Source: Bdellovibrionales bacterium
GTDB lineage: Bacteria; Bdellovibrionota; UBA1018; JADZFF01
DNA length: 64,000 bases
NCBI GenBank assembly: GCA_020850015.1
Contig: JADZFF010000102.1
Location: forward strand, 128-64,127
Direction of reading: 5' to 3'
The position numbers were made by a program, and so were the translations under genes. Below, piece by piece: positions 54,370 to 63,848 of the stretch (within the stretch, counting starts at the first letter, position 1; each line of letters starts with the position of its first letter). The notes under the pieces are model-generated. The model had not been told where the DNA came from. It was given only the letters and a program-made list of their open reading frames with translations, and did no database searches.

Positions 54370-56049
54370 GTGAACGAGTACTTTAAAAAAGTTGGGCGCC
54401 AGATCTACGACTTCATGACCGGTCTCTCGCCGATGAAGAAGCTCGCCATGGTCACCACGGGGATTGCCATAGGCGGGATCCTTTTCGCGCTTTTCCGCTG
54501 GGCGGGTGAGACGGCTTACCGGCCCCTGATGACGAACCTGGCGCCGGAAGACGCCACGAACATCATCCGGATCCTCCGGGAAAGGAAAATCCCCTTCAAC
54601 GTGGATCCCACCGGCAGGAACATCGAGGTGCCGCCGGAGCGGATCTACGATCTGCGGCTGGAGCTGGCCACCCAGGGGCTACCGGAGTCCGGGAACGTGG
54701 GTTACGAGGTTTTCGACAAGCAGGCGCTCGGCACCACGAGTTTCGTCCAGAACGTGAACCTGAAGCGGGCGCTCGAAGGCGAGCTCACGCGCACCATCCA
54801 GACCATCAAGGGCGTGAAGCGGGCCCGGGTTCACCTGGCCATGCCGAAGAAAAGCACCTTCGTGGAGGACCAGAAGGAGCCCACGGCATCGGTGGTGCTT
54901 GATCTCGAGCCCGGGACGCAGCTGGGCGAAAAGCAGGTGTACGGCATCGGAGTCATGGTTTCGAGCGCCGTGGAGGGCTTGGATCACTCAGCCGTAAGGA
55001 TCGTGGATTCCAACGGAAAGATGCTCTCCAAGGGCTCGCGCGACTCCATGGTTTCCATGAGCGCCGACCAGCAGGAGTACAAGGCCAAGCTGGAGGAGGA
55101 CCTTCAGCGGCGCGTGGAAGAAATGCTGGGCCGGGTCGTGGGCGACGGGCGCGTCGTGGCCCGCGTCACCGCCGAGATGGACTTCTCGCAGGTTACGGAG
55201 ACGCAGACTCTGTACGACGCGGACGGCGCCGCGGTTCGCTCCGTGCAGAAGAACCAGGAGGAAATGCAGGGTCGCAGACCCGGGGCCATGGGCTCCGCGG
55301 GCGCGGCGTCCAACCTCCCCGGTCAAAACCCGGCGACCGCGACCGAGATCCGCAGCGACACCAACAAGGTCCGCGAGATCACCAACTACGAGGTGCCGCA
55401 GACCGTCCGGAAGGTGGTGAAGCCCTTCGGGAGCGTGAGCAAGCTCAGCGTGGCGGTGATCGTCGACGGAAAGCACACGAAGGAGCAGAAGGACGGCGAG
55501 GTGCTCTCGAAGGTCGAGCCCTGGTCGCCAGAGAAGCTCAAGGAGTTCGAGACCATGATCGCGGGCGCCCTGGGAGTCGATCCCAAGCGCGGCGACAAGG
55601 TGGAGATCCGCCACATGGAGTTCGCCAGCGAGGACTTCGATGAGGCGGCCCGCCTGCTCGAGCAGACCGAGCGCCGGGCCTACATGCAGAATCTCCTGCT
55701 CTACTCGGTAATCGGCGTGATCATCGTGCTGTTCTTCTTCTTCGTGGTGCGCCCCTACATCAAGTGGGTCACGGAGAATACCATCGACAGCGTGGACTCC
55801 TTCCTGCCTCAGACGATCGAGGAGCTCGAGAGGATGCAGAAGGACTCCCCCCTCGTGGGCCTGGAGGACTCGATGCCCAGCATCCCGGAGAAGATAGATC
55901 CGGAGAAGGTGGAGGGCGAGATGATCAAGGAGAAGGTCATCACGCTCGTGGACTCGAATCCGCACAAGGCGGCACTGATCCTGAGGGACTGGGTGAAGGG
56001 CGAGAAACCAGCGGCCGCTCCCGCGGCTGATAAGCAGGGGACGGCCTGA
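54370..56049 (+). CDS. fliF: Flagellar MS-ring protein FliF
   Basis: N-terminal TM, YscJ/FliF ring motifs (LELATQGLPESG..GYEVFD, RARVHLAMPKKSTFV) and a second TM near the C-terminus. Confidence 0.95.
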   Translation: MNEYFKKVGRQIYDFMTGLSPMKKLAMVTTGIAIGGILFALFRWAGETAYRPLMTNLAPEDATNIIRILRERKIPFNVDPTGRNIEVPPERIYDLRLELATQGLPESGNVGYEVFDKQALGTTSFVQNVNLKRALEGELTRTIQTIKGVKRARVHLAMPKKSTFVEDQKEPTASVVLDLEPGTQLGEKQVYGIGVMVSSAVEGLDHSAVRIVDSNGKMLSKGSRDSMVSMSADQQEYKAKLEEDLQRRVEEMLGRVVGDGRVVARVTAEMDFSQVTETQTLYDADGAAVRSVQKNQEEMQGRRPGAMGSAGAASNLPGQNPATATEIRSDTNKVREITNYEVPQTVRKVVKPFGSVSKLSVAVIVDGKHTKEQKDGEVLSKVEPWSPEKLKEFETMIAGALGVDPKRGDKVEIRHMEFASEDFDEAARLLEQTERRAYMQNLLLYSVIGVIIVLFFFFVVRPYIKWVTENTIDSVDSFLPQTIEELERMQKDSPLVGLEDSMPSIPEKIDPEKVEGEMIKEKVITLVDSNPHKAALILRDWVKGEKPAAAPAADKQGTA

Positions 56050-56050
56050 T

Positions 56051-57073
56051 ATGGCAGCGGTGACACCATTGGCATTCGAAGAGCTGACCGGCGTGGACCG
56101 CGCGGCCATCCTCCTGAACGCGCTGGGAAACCAGGTCACGGCGCAGATCTTTCAGAAGATGAAAGACAACGACGTGAAGCGCCTCGTGAACGCCATGGGG
56201 CAGGTGACGAAGGTGCAGATCTCGCTCGTGAAGCGGGTGCTGGAGGAGTTTTACTCCGAGATCTCGGAAGAGGAGGTGCTGATCTTCGGCCATGCGCAGG
56301 GCCGCCAGTTCATCCTGGAGACCTTGGGCGAGGACCGGGCCAAGACGGTCCTGGGGCAGCTCTCGGTCATCGAAGGCAGCCGCACCCTGGAGGCCCTGGA
56401 GCTCGTAGACCCGCGTACCCTGGCCAACTTCCTGGTCAACGAGCATCCGCAGACGATCGCCTTCGTGCTCGCGCACCTCGACGCCGGCAAGAAATGCGAC
56501 GTCCTGAAGCGCCTGCCAGAGGCTCTGCAGACCGAGGTCGTGCTCCGGATCGCGAACCTGGATTACATCTCTCCGAACCTCATCGCGCAGGTGGACGAGG
56601 TGCTCAAGCAGGAGCTCGCCACACTGGGTTCCATCGACACCCAGCAGCTGGGCGGCGTGCAGCCGATCGCAGAGATGCTCAACGTCATGGACAAGAACAG
56701 CGAGCAGAACATCATGGCCCGCGTGGAGGAGAAGGATCCACAGCTCGCCGAGGAGATCCGCAAGCTCATGTTCGTGTTCGAGGACATCATCTACATCGAC
56801 GACCGAGGGATGCAGCTTCTGCTCAAGGAGGTGGCGAACGACAAGCTGGTGCTCGCCCTCAAGACGGCCCCGGACGAGATCAAGGACAAGATCTTCCGGA
56901 ACATCTCCAAACGCGCGGCAGACCTGCTTCGCGAGGACCTCGAGGCCATGGGGCCGGTGCGCCTCTCGGACGTGGAAGGGGCGCAGCAGGAGATCGTCAA
57001 CGTGGCGAAGCGCCTCGAGGCGGAAGGCAAGATCATCATCAGCCGTGGAGGCGAGGCCGACGCCCTCGTGTAA
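56051..57073 (+). CDS. fliG: Flagellar motor switch protein FliG
   Basis: LTGVDRAAILLNALG, EHPQTIAFVLAHL, MFVFEDI and the C-terminal torque-helix region. Confidence 0.95.
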   Translation: MAAVTPLAFEELTGVDRAAILLNALGNQVTAQIFQKMKDNDVKRLVNAMGQVTKVQISLVKRVLEEFYSEISEEEVLIFGHAQGRQFILETLGEDRAKTVLGQLSVIEGSRTLEALELVDPRTLANFLVNEHPQTIAFVLAHLDAGKKCDVLKRLPEALQTEVVLRIANLDYISPNLIAQVDEVLKQELATLGSIDTQQLGGVQPIAEMLNVMDKNSEQNIMARVEEKDPQLAEEIRKLMFVFEDIIYIDDRGMQLLLKEVANDKLVLALKTAPDEIKDKIFRNISKRAADLLREDLEAMGPVRLSDVEGAQQEIVNVAKRLEAEGKIIISRGGEADALV

Positions 57074-57079
57074 TCGCCA

Positions 57080-57928
57080 ATGCCCATCAAGGACCGCATC
57101 AAAAAATTCGACATCCGCGAGGAACCCGCGCCCCAAAGCGACTTCCGTGTGGCCTCGATCGACGGGCCGAAGAAGATGGAGTGGCGCGAGTTCGAGATGC
57201 CCAAGATCCAGAGAGCGGGAGAAGGGGACTACTCGAGCGTGCGGCGGAGGTTCGGCTCACTTGCGGCCACCGACTCCGAGCGGCGGGAGCGCGAACGGAA
57301 GGACAGCCGCTTTTCCGTGAACCCGCTTCTGAAGGAGCCCCTCTCGATCGAGGAGGAGGAACGCCGCGCCGTGGAGGAGCGGGTGAAGGCCCGGGTGAGC
57401 GAGGTGTCTGCAAAGGTGCGGGAGGCCTCTCATGCCGAGGGCTATCAGGCGGGACTGAAGCAGGGCCATGACGAGGCCTATGCGCGCGCCGCCACCGAAG
57501 CGAAGCAGCGAATCGAGCGATTCGACGCCTTCCTTGTCGCCTGCGAGCAGGCGAAGGACGAGATTTTCCGCGCGAACGAACGTTTCGTGGTGGAGACGGT
57601 ATTCAGGGTGGCCCGGATGGTGCTCCTGCGGGAGGCAGCCTTGGACAAGGACCTGGTGCTGAGAATGGCCAAGGGCATCCTCGAGCGCGTGGGGGTGAGG
57701 GAGAACATCAAGATCGCGATCCATCCGAAGGACCGCGAGATGATCGATCTTCTCCGCTCGGGCCTCGAGGACGCAATCGGCAAGCTTCAGAACCTCTCGA
57801 TCGAGGTTTCTGAGGAGGTAGGCGAGGGCGGCTGCACGGTGGAAACCCAGTGGAACGCCATCGACGCGTCGATCGACACGCAGCTCGGCAATCTCCACAA
57901 GGCCCTGCTCGGGGAGGGCGGGTCTTGA
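57080..57928 (+). CDS. fliH: Flagellar assembly protein FliH
   Basis: Charged coiled-coil N-terminal half and a FliH/YscL-type C-terminus. It sits between fliG and fliI. Confidence 0.8.
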   Translation: MPIKDRIKKFDIREEPAPQSDFRVASIDGPKKMEWREFEMPKIQRAGEGDYSSVRRRFGSLAATDSERRERERKDSRFSVNPLLKEPLSIEEEERRAVEERVKARVSEVSAKVREASHAEGYQAGLKQGHDEAYARAATEAKQRIERFDAFLVACEQAKDEIFRANERFVVETVFRVARMVLLREAALDKDLVLRMAKGILERVGVRENIKIAIHPKDREMIDLLRSGLEDAIGKLQNLSIEVSEEVGEGGCTVETQWNAIDASIDTQLGNLHKALLGEGGS

Positions 57929-59313
57929 GCTGGACGCTCGACGAGGCCAAGTACGCGGAGCGGCTCAACTCCGCTCTCCTCTACAAGGAGGCCGGCAAGA
58001 TCACGAAGTCCATGGGCCTGCTCTACGAGGCTCATCTGCCCGGCGCATCGGTGGGCAGCCTCTGCCAGATCTCCTCGGGCGCGGAGGCCGAGGTCATCGG
58101 ATTCCGCGACAAGCGCGTTCTTCTCATGCCCTTCGACCAGGCCCAGGGCGTGAACAACGACAGCCAGGTGCTGCTGGTGCAGCGGTCCTCCGCCGTGCGG
58201 GTGGGCCATCCGCTTTTGGGGCGCGTGATCGACGCCCGCGGGCGTCCGATCGACGATCTCGGACCGGTAGACTGGACCTCGGGCCACTCCCAGGAGATGA
58301 GCCTCTACCGCGCGCCGTCGCACGTGCTCCGCCGGCAGACCGTCAGGGAACCCCTGGACCTCGGGATCCGCTCGCTGAAGGGGCTCCTGACCTGCGGAAA
58401 GGGCCAGCGCCTGGGGATCATGGCCGGCTCGGGCGTGGGCAAATCGGTGCTGCTGGGGATGATGGCCCGCTACACCTCCGCTGACATCAACGTGATCGCC
58501 CTGATCGGGGAACGGGGCCGCGAGGTGAAGGAATTCATCGAGCGGGATCTCGGGCCCGAGGGGCTTCGGCGCTCGGTGGTGGTGGTGGCGACCTCCGACG
58601 CCTCGCCTCTGCTGCGCATGCGTGGGGCATTTCTTGCCGCGTCGATCGCGGAATACTTCAGAGACCAGCGGAAAAGCGTTCTCCTGCTCATGGACTCCGT
58701 GACCCGCTTCGCGATGGCCCAGAGGGAGATCGGCCTATCGCTCGGCGAGCCGCCCGCCTCCAAGGGGTATACGCCCAGCGTGTTCGCCACGCTGCCTAAG
58801 CTGCTGGAGCGCGCGGGAACGGGCGAGCGGGAAGGGAGCATCACCGGCCTTTACACCGTGCTCGTCGAGGGCGACGACATGGACGAGCCGATCGCCGACG
58901 CGGCCCGATCGATTCTCGACGGCCACGTGGTGCTTTCGCGCCGATTGGCTCAGAGAAACCAGTATCCGGCCGTGGACGTGCTCCAGAGCGCGAGCCGGGT
59001 GATGAGCTCGGTGACGACAGTCGAGCACCGGGAGTGGGCGGCCCGGATCCGGGAGTGGATGGCCGTGTACGCCCAGGCCGAAGACCTCATCAACATCGGG
59101 GCCTACGTGCGCGGCACGAGCCCCAAGATCGACCAGTCCATCGCGGTTCACGACCGGATCGAGTCCTTCCTGCGCCAGGGCGTGCAGGAACGGGCCACCC
59201 TCGCCGAGACTCTGGCCCAGATGCACGCGATCTGCCGGGCGGCGGAAGGCCAGGCACAGGCCGCGCAGGCCACCCGCGCGCCCGCCGCGCCCGCGCGGCC
59301 CGGCAACCGGTAG
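57925..59313 (+). CDS. fliI: Flagellum-specific ATPase FliI
   Basis: Walker A GSGVGKSVLLGM, Walker B LLLMDSVTRFA, and the F1/FliI-type motifs. The TTG start overlaps the fliH stop (TTGA), and the ORF is open from 57850. Confidence 0.95.
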   Translation: MSWTLDEAKYAERLNSALLYKEAGKITKSMGLLYEAHLPGASVGSLCQISSGAEAEVIGFRDKRVLLMPFDQAQGVNNDSQVLLVQRSSAVRVGHPLLGRVIDARGRPIDDLGPVDWTSGHSQEMSLYRAPSHVLRRQTVREPLDLGIRSLKGLLTCGKGQRLGIMAGSGVGKSVLLGMMARYTSADINVIALIGERGREVKEFIERDLGPEGLRRSVVVVATSDASPLLRMRGAFLAASIAEYFRDQRKSVLLLMDSVTRFAMAQREIGLSLGEPPASKGYTPSVFATLPKLLERAGTGEREGSITGLYTVLVEGDDMDEPIADAARSILDGHVVLSRRLAQRNQYPAVDVLQSASRVMSSVTTVEHREWAARIREWMAVYAQAEDLINIGAYVRGTSPKIDQSIAVHDRIESFLRQGVQERATLAETLAQMHAICRAAEGQAQAAQATRAPAAPARPGNR

Positions 59314-59402
59314 CCCGGGGCAATCCCTGCCCGGTCCCTTTCTACCCGGGAAATTCGTTCAGTCTGGCGGTGCCGTAGCGACACCGTGAGAATGAAAGGG
59401 AG

Positions 59403-59867
59403 ATGGCAAGGTTCCGATTCAAATTCGAAGCCGTAGGGAAGCTGAAAAAGCAGAAGGAGCAGGACGCTCTTCGGCTCTTCGGCGAGGCGCAGGGCCTTCT
59501 TAAGGCTGAAATCGAGCGGCGCGAGCAGCTCGAGTTCGATCTCGCCTCCGCGCTTTCCCGCCGCGAAGCGCTCGGGGAAACCGCCGTGTCACCGATCCTG
59601 TTCCGCACCGAAGAGGATTTCATCACCGGCACGAAGGCGCGGATCATCCAAGCCCAGCACGCGATCGAACGCGCGCGCCGCCGCGTGGAGCGCGCGATGA
59701 TGGGTTACCTCGTGGCCCGCCGCGAGCTCCTGAAGGTGGAGCGCCTCCGCGAGAAGGCCACGGCCGATTTCAAGCGCGAGCAGTCGAAGCTCGAGCAGAA
59801 GCGCCTCGACGACCTCTACGTCATGCGCGCCCGGCTCAACGGAAACGAAGAGGAGGGCGCCGCTTGA
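59403..59867 (+). CDS. fliJ: Flagellar export chaperone-escort FliJ
   Basis: 154-aa all-coiled-coil protein directly after fliI. AGGGAG RBS. Confidence 0.75.
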   Translation: MARFRFKFEAVGKLKKQKEQDALRLFGEAQGLLKAEIERREQLEFDLASALSRREALGETAVSPILFRTEEDFITGTKARIIQAQHAIERARRRVERAMMGYLVARRELLKVERLREKATADFKREQSKLEQKRLDDLYVMRARLNGNEEEGAA

Positions 59868-60436
59868 CGACGGCCCTGCCCGTTTCCGCGCTTTTGCTGG
59901 CTGGTGGGCTCTGGCTCTCGGCCCCCTCCGTCTCGGGCGAGGAGCCGGCCGCAGCGGCGCCCGCCCAGGAGACCCAGGTTTTCTCCAAGATGGATTCCGT
60001 CTGCGTCTCCGACCAGCACCTCATCGAAGACCTGCGCGCCCGCGAGAAGAAGCTCGAGGAGGAGCGCCTGGGCCTGGCATCCAAGGAAGCCGAGCTCCTG
60101 GCCCGCGAGGCGGCCGTGAACGAGCAGATCCAGAAGCTCGAGGAGATCCGGAAACAGATCTCGGGGATGGAGTCCATCCGCGAGGCCAAGCAGGAGGAGC
60201 AGGTCGGGAAGCTCGTGCAGACCATGGAGCGCATGAGCCCCAAGGCGGCGGCGGGCCTGATCGACCAGCTGGACGAGAAGCTCGCGGTCTCCGCGATGGT
60301 TCGCATCGAGACCTCTCGGCTCGCGAAGATCATGAACGTGCTTAGTCCCGAGAAGTCCTCGCGCCTTTCGGAGATCATGACCACGGGCAGGGCCTCCAAG
60401 CGTGATCCAGCCGCGGCGAAAGGAGGCAACGGGTGA
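59864..60436 (+). CDS. Flagellar-operon protein with MgtE_N-like domain (MotE/FlbB-like)
   Basis: N-terminal signal/anchor, a coiled coil, then MERMSPKAAAGLIDQLDEKLAVSAMVRIETSRLAKIMNVLSPEKSSRL (MgtE N-domain-like). Confidence 0.5.
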   Translation: MTTALPVSALLLAGGLWLSAPSVSGEEPAAAAPAQETQVFSKMDSVCVSDQHLIEDLRAREKKLEEERLGLASKEAELLAREAAVNEQIQKLEEIRKQISGMESIREAKQEEQVGKLVQTMERMSPKAAAGLIDQLDEKLAVSAMVRIETSRLAKIMNVLSPEKSSRLSEIMTTGRASKRDPAAAKGGNG

Positions 60437-62115
60437 TCGAAGGCGTGAACTTCCAGGTTCCCGTTTCCGGAGCGCCGGCCCAGGGCCGGGGTGCGCCCGC
60501 TCGGAAGGACGGAGAGGAGTCCTCCGCGGCCTCCGAAGGAAATGCGTTCGCCGAGATGCTCGCGGGAGGAGCGGCGGCGCAGGCGCCCGTGGCACCGGTT
60601 ACCCCTCAGTCAGGGCAGGTGCCGGTGCCGGTTGAGACGTCGCCGGGCGGGCAGCCGCAGACAGCTGCTTTGCCAGAGGCGCCGGCCGCGACAAAGGCCA
60701 AAACTCTACAGAATTCGAATCCGGTAACGGCGGAGGCTCTGAGCCTGGGCGGAGCCGGCGCCGGTGCTTCCGCCATTCAGAGTCGCTTGGGTGGCGTGAA
60801 TCCCTGGGATTCCGCCTGGATCCGGGGCGGCGGCGTTCCGGAGCAGATTCAGGTGGGGCGCCAGCCGGCCCTGGAGGCCGCTCCGAATCCGACCACGCCT
60901 TCGACCACGCCTCCGGGCGCCCTTCCGGGCGCCGCGCCCCAGGCGGCCGTCCCGGCCCCGGCGGCGGCTTTACCGCTTCTGGCGGGAATGCGGAATCTCG
61001 GCGCGCCTCCCGCGGCGCAAACCTTGAAACCGCAAGCGGCCGGCGGAGCCCAGGGCAAGGCCGTGGGCACGCCCGCGGCTTCACTGGCGGGTACCCCGGC
61101 GCAAGGTCAGGCCGAGCTCGCCTCGCTCATGCAGAGCGCGGGACTCGCCGCTTCGAGCGGCGCTCAGTGGGCGGAAATGGGCTCCGACGAGGAGTCCGCC
61201 GAGCTTCCGCCCGCCGCGCAGGCGCCCGTGAGGCTGGCCCCCGGGCTTTCCGGGGAGGAATTCCTGAATACGCGCCGCGCTCTCGAATCGCCCGTCTCGG
61301 GCGCGGGAGCCCTGGCCGCCATGCAAGGCGCGTCGCCGAGCGCGGCCGCGGCTCGCGTTCAGCCAGGCCAGGCCGCGCCGACGCCCATGCCCGCGCATCT
61401 GGTCACGAAGCCACAGATTCCTACGGGCTCTCAGGTTCTTGAGCGGAGGGCGCGGAACGCCGTCGGGTCGGAGGGCGAGCTCGCCGCGTCCGCGGGCGCC
61501 GCAGCCGGTACTCACGCGGCCGCGCGGCCCTTGGAATCCCCCCCCCAGCAGATCACGGCTCAGGTCGTCCCGGGGGCCATGGCCCGAGAACGCCTGGCCA
61601 CGGCGAGCGTGGGAACGATTTCCAGCGGGATCGGCAGCCTGAAGGAGCGCGGCGGCGGAGAGATCCGCTTGCGCTTGAACCCGGAACACCTCGGTGAGAT
61701 CCACCTCCGCGTGGCCACGCACGGGAACGAAGTAGCGATCCAGGTGCGGGCCTCGAACGACAAGGCCAAGGGTGTCCTGGAGGAAAGCCTGAGCGCGCTC
61801 AAGGAGAGCCTCGCGGGGCACCGCCTGGTGCTCGGGAAGGTGGAGATCCTGGGCGGAGTGAGCGCGGACGCCACGCTGGGAACCGGCGGTACGCAGCAGA
61901 ACACGCTCGACGCCTCGACTGATCAGCGCGGGAACCTCGCGCAGAACATGGCGCGCGAGTGGGGCGGCGGAGGCGATCGCCGCGGCTCGGGCCGCGAGGC
62001 GCCGGCGGATCGAGCCGAGCCGTCGGGCCTGGCCCGCGCGGCGATCCCTGGCGCGATTTCCACGCGCGGCAGCGCCGCGGTGGGAGCGACCGGGCGGCTG
62101 AACGTCCTGGCCTGA
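60433..62115 (+). CDS. fliK: Flagellar hook-length control protein FliK
   Basis: Long Ala/Pro/Gln-rich N-terminal ruler and a C-terminal Flg_hook domain (GEIRLRLNPEHLGEIHLRVATHGNEVAIQVRASN). Confidence 0.85.
   Translation: MIEGVNFQVPVSGAPAQGRGAPARKDGEESSAASEGNAFAEMLAGGAAAQAPVAPVTPQSGQVPVPVETSPGGQPQTAALPEAPAATKAKTLQNSNPVTAEALSLGGAGAGASAIQSRLGGVNPWDSAWIRGGGVPEQIQVGRQPALEAAPNPTTPSTTPPGALPGAAPQAAVPAPAAALPLLAGMRNLGAPPAAQTLKPQAAGGAQGKAVGTPAASLAGTPAQGQAELASLMQSAGLAASSGAQWAEMGSDEESAELPPAAQAPVRLAPGLSGEEFLNTRRALESPVSGAGALAAMQGASPSAAAARVQPGQAAPTPMPAHLVTKPQIPTGSQVLERRARNAVGSEGELAASAGAAAGTHAAARPLESPPQQITAQVVPGAMARERLATASVGTISSGIGSLKERGGGEIRLRLNPEHLGEIHLRVATHGNEVAIQVRASNDKAKGVLEESLSALKESLAGHRLVLGKVEILGGVSADATLGTGGTQQNTLDASTDQRGNLAQNMAREWGGGGDRRGSGREAPADRAEPSGLARAAIPGAISTRGSAAVGATGRLNVLA
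61538..61546. repeat. C9 homopolymer tract inside fliK
   Basis: Nine consecutive C (tcc ccc ccc cag, encoding SPPQ), counted directly. Confidence 0.9.
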
Positions 62116-62135
62116 CGGAAATGGGAGAGAAATAG

Positions 62136-63269
62136 GTGTTCATCGGAGGAAACGTAGCCCCGCCCCAGCAACCCCAGCAGACGCCGCAGGCGCCTGCCGG
62201 CGGGGCCGCGCGCGGAGCCGAGCCTACCGAGAGGCGCAGCTTCCAGGAGACCTGGGACCGCATCCAGGCCCAGTACGGTAAGCAACCCGAGAAGCAGAGG
62301 GAAGTGAAGAAGACCCTCGATAAAGACGACTTCATGCGCATCATGATCACGCAGATGCAGCATCAGGATCCGACGAAGCCCTTCGACGCCGACAAGATGG
62401 CCTCAGAGATCGCTCAGATCACCTCTTTCGAGGCGCTCTCGAATGTCGGCCGAGCGCTCGACAAGCTCTCCACCCAGAGCCGCCCGCTGGAGCGCCTGGC
62501 GATGACGAGCCTCATCGGGAAAGAGATCACGGTAGACCGCAGCCGCTTCACGCACGAGGGCGGAAAGAACTCCACGCTCTCTTTCCAGCTCCCTCAGGAC
62601 GCGGCGAGCGTGAAGGTGGCGCTCATCTCGGACAAGGGTGAGGTCGTCCTCGAGAAGGATCTCGGTCCGAGGGATCAGGGCGAGGCCTCCTTCACCTGGG
62701 ACGGCAAGCAGGCGAACACGGTGGCCGCGCCTACCGGCATCTACCTCATGAAGATCGCGGCCCTCGATTCGAAAGGCAACGCCATGCAGGTCGGCGGTGA
62801 GGCCAAGTCGCGCGTGATCGGCGTGAGCTTCCAGGGGCAGGATCCCGTGTTCATCGTGGGCGACGCCACCAAGCAGACGCGCGTGCCGCTCGACTCCGTG
62901 GTTCAGATCGACGACCTGGTGGCAGGGGGCCAGGGTGCCGGCGGTCTTCCACCGGGCTTTATCCCGCCTCCGCCCGGGCTGGTGCCGCAGGCGCAGGTCG
63001 AGCAACCTGCCCAGGCCGCTCAAGCCGCTCCGGCTCCCCCGACGGCGCCGGCGGCTCCCGTTGCTCCAGCCTCGAGCGGGATGTTCACCTTTCAGAGGGG
63101 AGTGGGCTCCATGCCCATGAATGGCGGAATGACCCCCGAGCAGCGGGCAGCCGCGATCAACGGTTACCAGGCTCAGATGCAGTCCGAAGGCAAGGGTTTC
63201 CCGAACGGGATGGCCGCTTACGGGCAGCAGGAACCACAGCAGACGGCGGAAGGAGGTGAAGGCAAATGA
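62136..63269 (+). CDS. flgD: Flagellar hook assembly/capping protein FlgD
   Basis: KDDFMRIMITQMQHQDPTKPFD (FlgD N-motif) and an Ig-like FlgD domain (ASVKVALISDKGEVV...FTWDGK). GTG start with a GGGAGAG RBS. Confidence 0.9.
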   Translation: MFIGGNVAPPQQPQQTPQAPAGGAARGAEPTERRSFQETWDRIQAQYGKQPEKQREVKKTLDKDDFMRIMITQMQHQDPTKPFDADKMASEIAQITSFEALSNVGRALDKLSTQSRPLERLAMTSLIGKEITVDRSRFTHEGGKNSTLSFQLPQDAASVKVALISDKGEVVLEKDLGPRDQGEASFTWDGKQANTVAAPTGIYLMKIAALDSKGNAMQVGGEAKSRVIGVSFQGQDPVFIVGDATKQTRVPLDSVVQIDDLVAGGQGAGGLPPGFIPPPPGLVPQAQVEQPAQAAQAAPAPPTAPAAPVAPASSGMFTFQRGVGSMPMNGGMTPEQRAAAINGYQAQMQSEGKGFPNGMAAYGQQEPQQTAEGGEGK

Positions 63270-63697
63270 GCGGAGGAGCGATTCTCTATCCCCAGGTCAC
63301 GTCGGTAGGACCGGCGTCCGGCCGGGCGGCACCGGATAGAACACGCCAGGAGACGATCGTCCCGGGCGAGTTCGACCAGATGCTCGACCGGCAGATCACG
63401 GGCACCGCGGAAGCGGGCGCGCGCGATCTGGGAAGCCTGAAGGCTCCGTTGAGATTCTCGGCCCACGCCGCGCAGAGACTTCAGTCCAGAAGCATCGATC
63501 TGCCACCCGAGCTGATGGCGAGGGTGACGGAGGCAGTGGACAAGTGCGACGCAAAGGGGGTCTACGACACCCTGGTGCTGGCCGGAAACACCGCTCTGAT
63601 CGTGAACGTGAAGAACCGGACCGTGGTTACCGCCATGGACCGGGAGCAGCTGAAAGGAAACGTGTTCACGAACATCGACGGCGCAGTGATCGTTTGA
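63266..63697 (+). CDS. Flagellar operon protein (TIGR02530-like) between flgD and flgE
   Basis: FSAHAAQRLQSRSIDLPPELMARVTEAVDK....G..DTLVL.....LIVNVKNRTVVTAMD, the pattern of the small conserved flagellar operon protein. Confidence 0.65.
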   Translation: MSGGAILYPQVTSVGPASGRAAPDRTRQETIVPGEFDQMLDRQITGTAEAGARDLGSLKAPLRFSAHAAQRLQSRSIDLPPELMARVTEAVDKCDAKGVYDTLVLAGNTALIVNVKNRTVVTAMDREQLKGNVFTNIDGAVIV

Positions 63698-63848
63698 TTG
63701 AGTCAGTAGGCAGTGAGTAGTGAGGTTCGAGGCTGGACCCCAAAAGGGAAGCCTCTCCCGGATCTGATTGATTGAGGATCCGGGGATCGTGATGAAGCTA
63801 GGGGACGGGCGGAGTTCCGTCCTTTAACCGACGCAAGGAGGCGTCTCT

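Noticed and set aside
51838-57136. Long minus-strand ORFs (51838-53244, 54988-56139, 55940-57136) across the bEBP, flgB, fliF and fliG region.
   Set aside because: They are antisense to well-supported flagellar and regulator genes, and their products are low complexity.
59365-59380. Sigma-54-like element TGGCGG-N5-TAGCG upstream of fliJ.
   Set aside because: Only the invariant GG/GC dinucleotides match. The -12 region lacks TTGC, and the predicted start would leave almost no leader before the RBS. Read-through from fliI is more likely.
60705-60725. GAATTCGAATCCGG, resembling a tRNA T-arm (TTCGAATCC).
   Set aside because: It lies inside the fliK reading frame, and no acceptor or anticodon stems can be built around it. 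No tRNA gene was found anywhere in the window.
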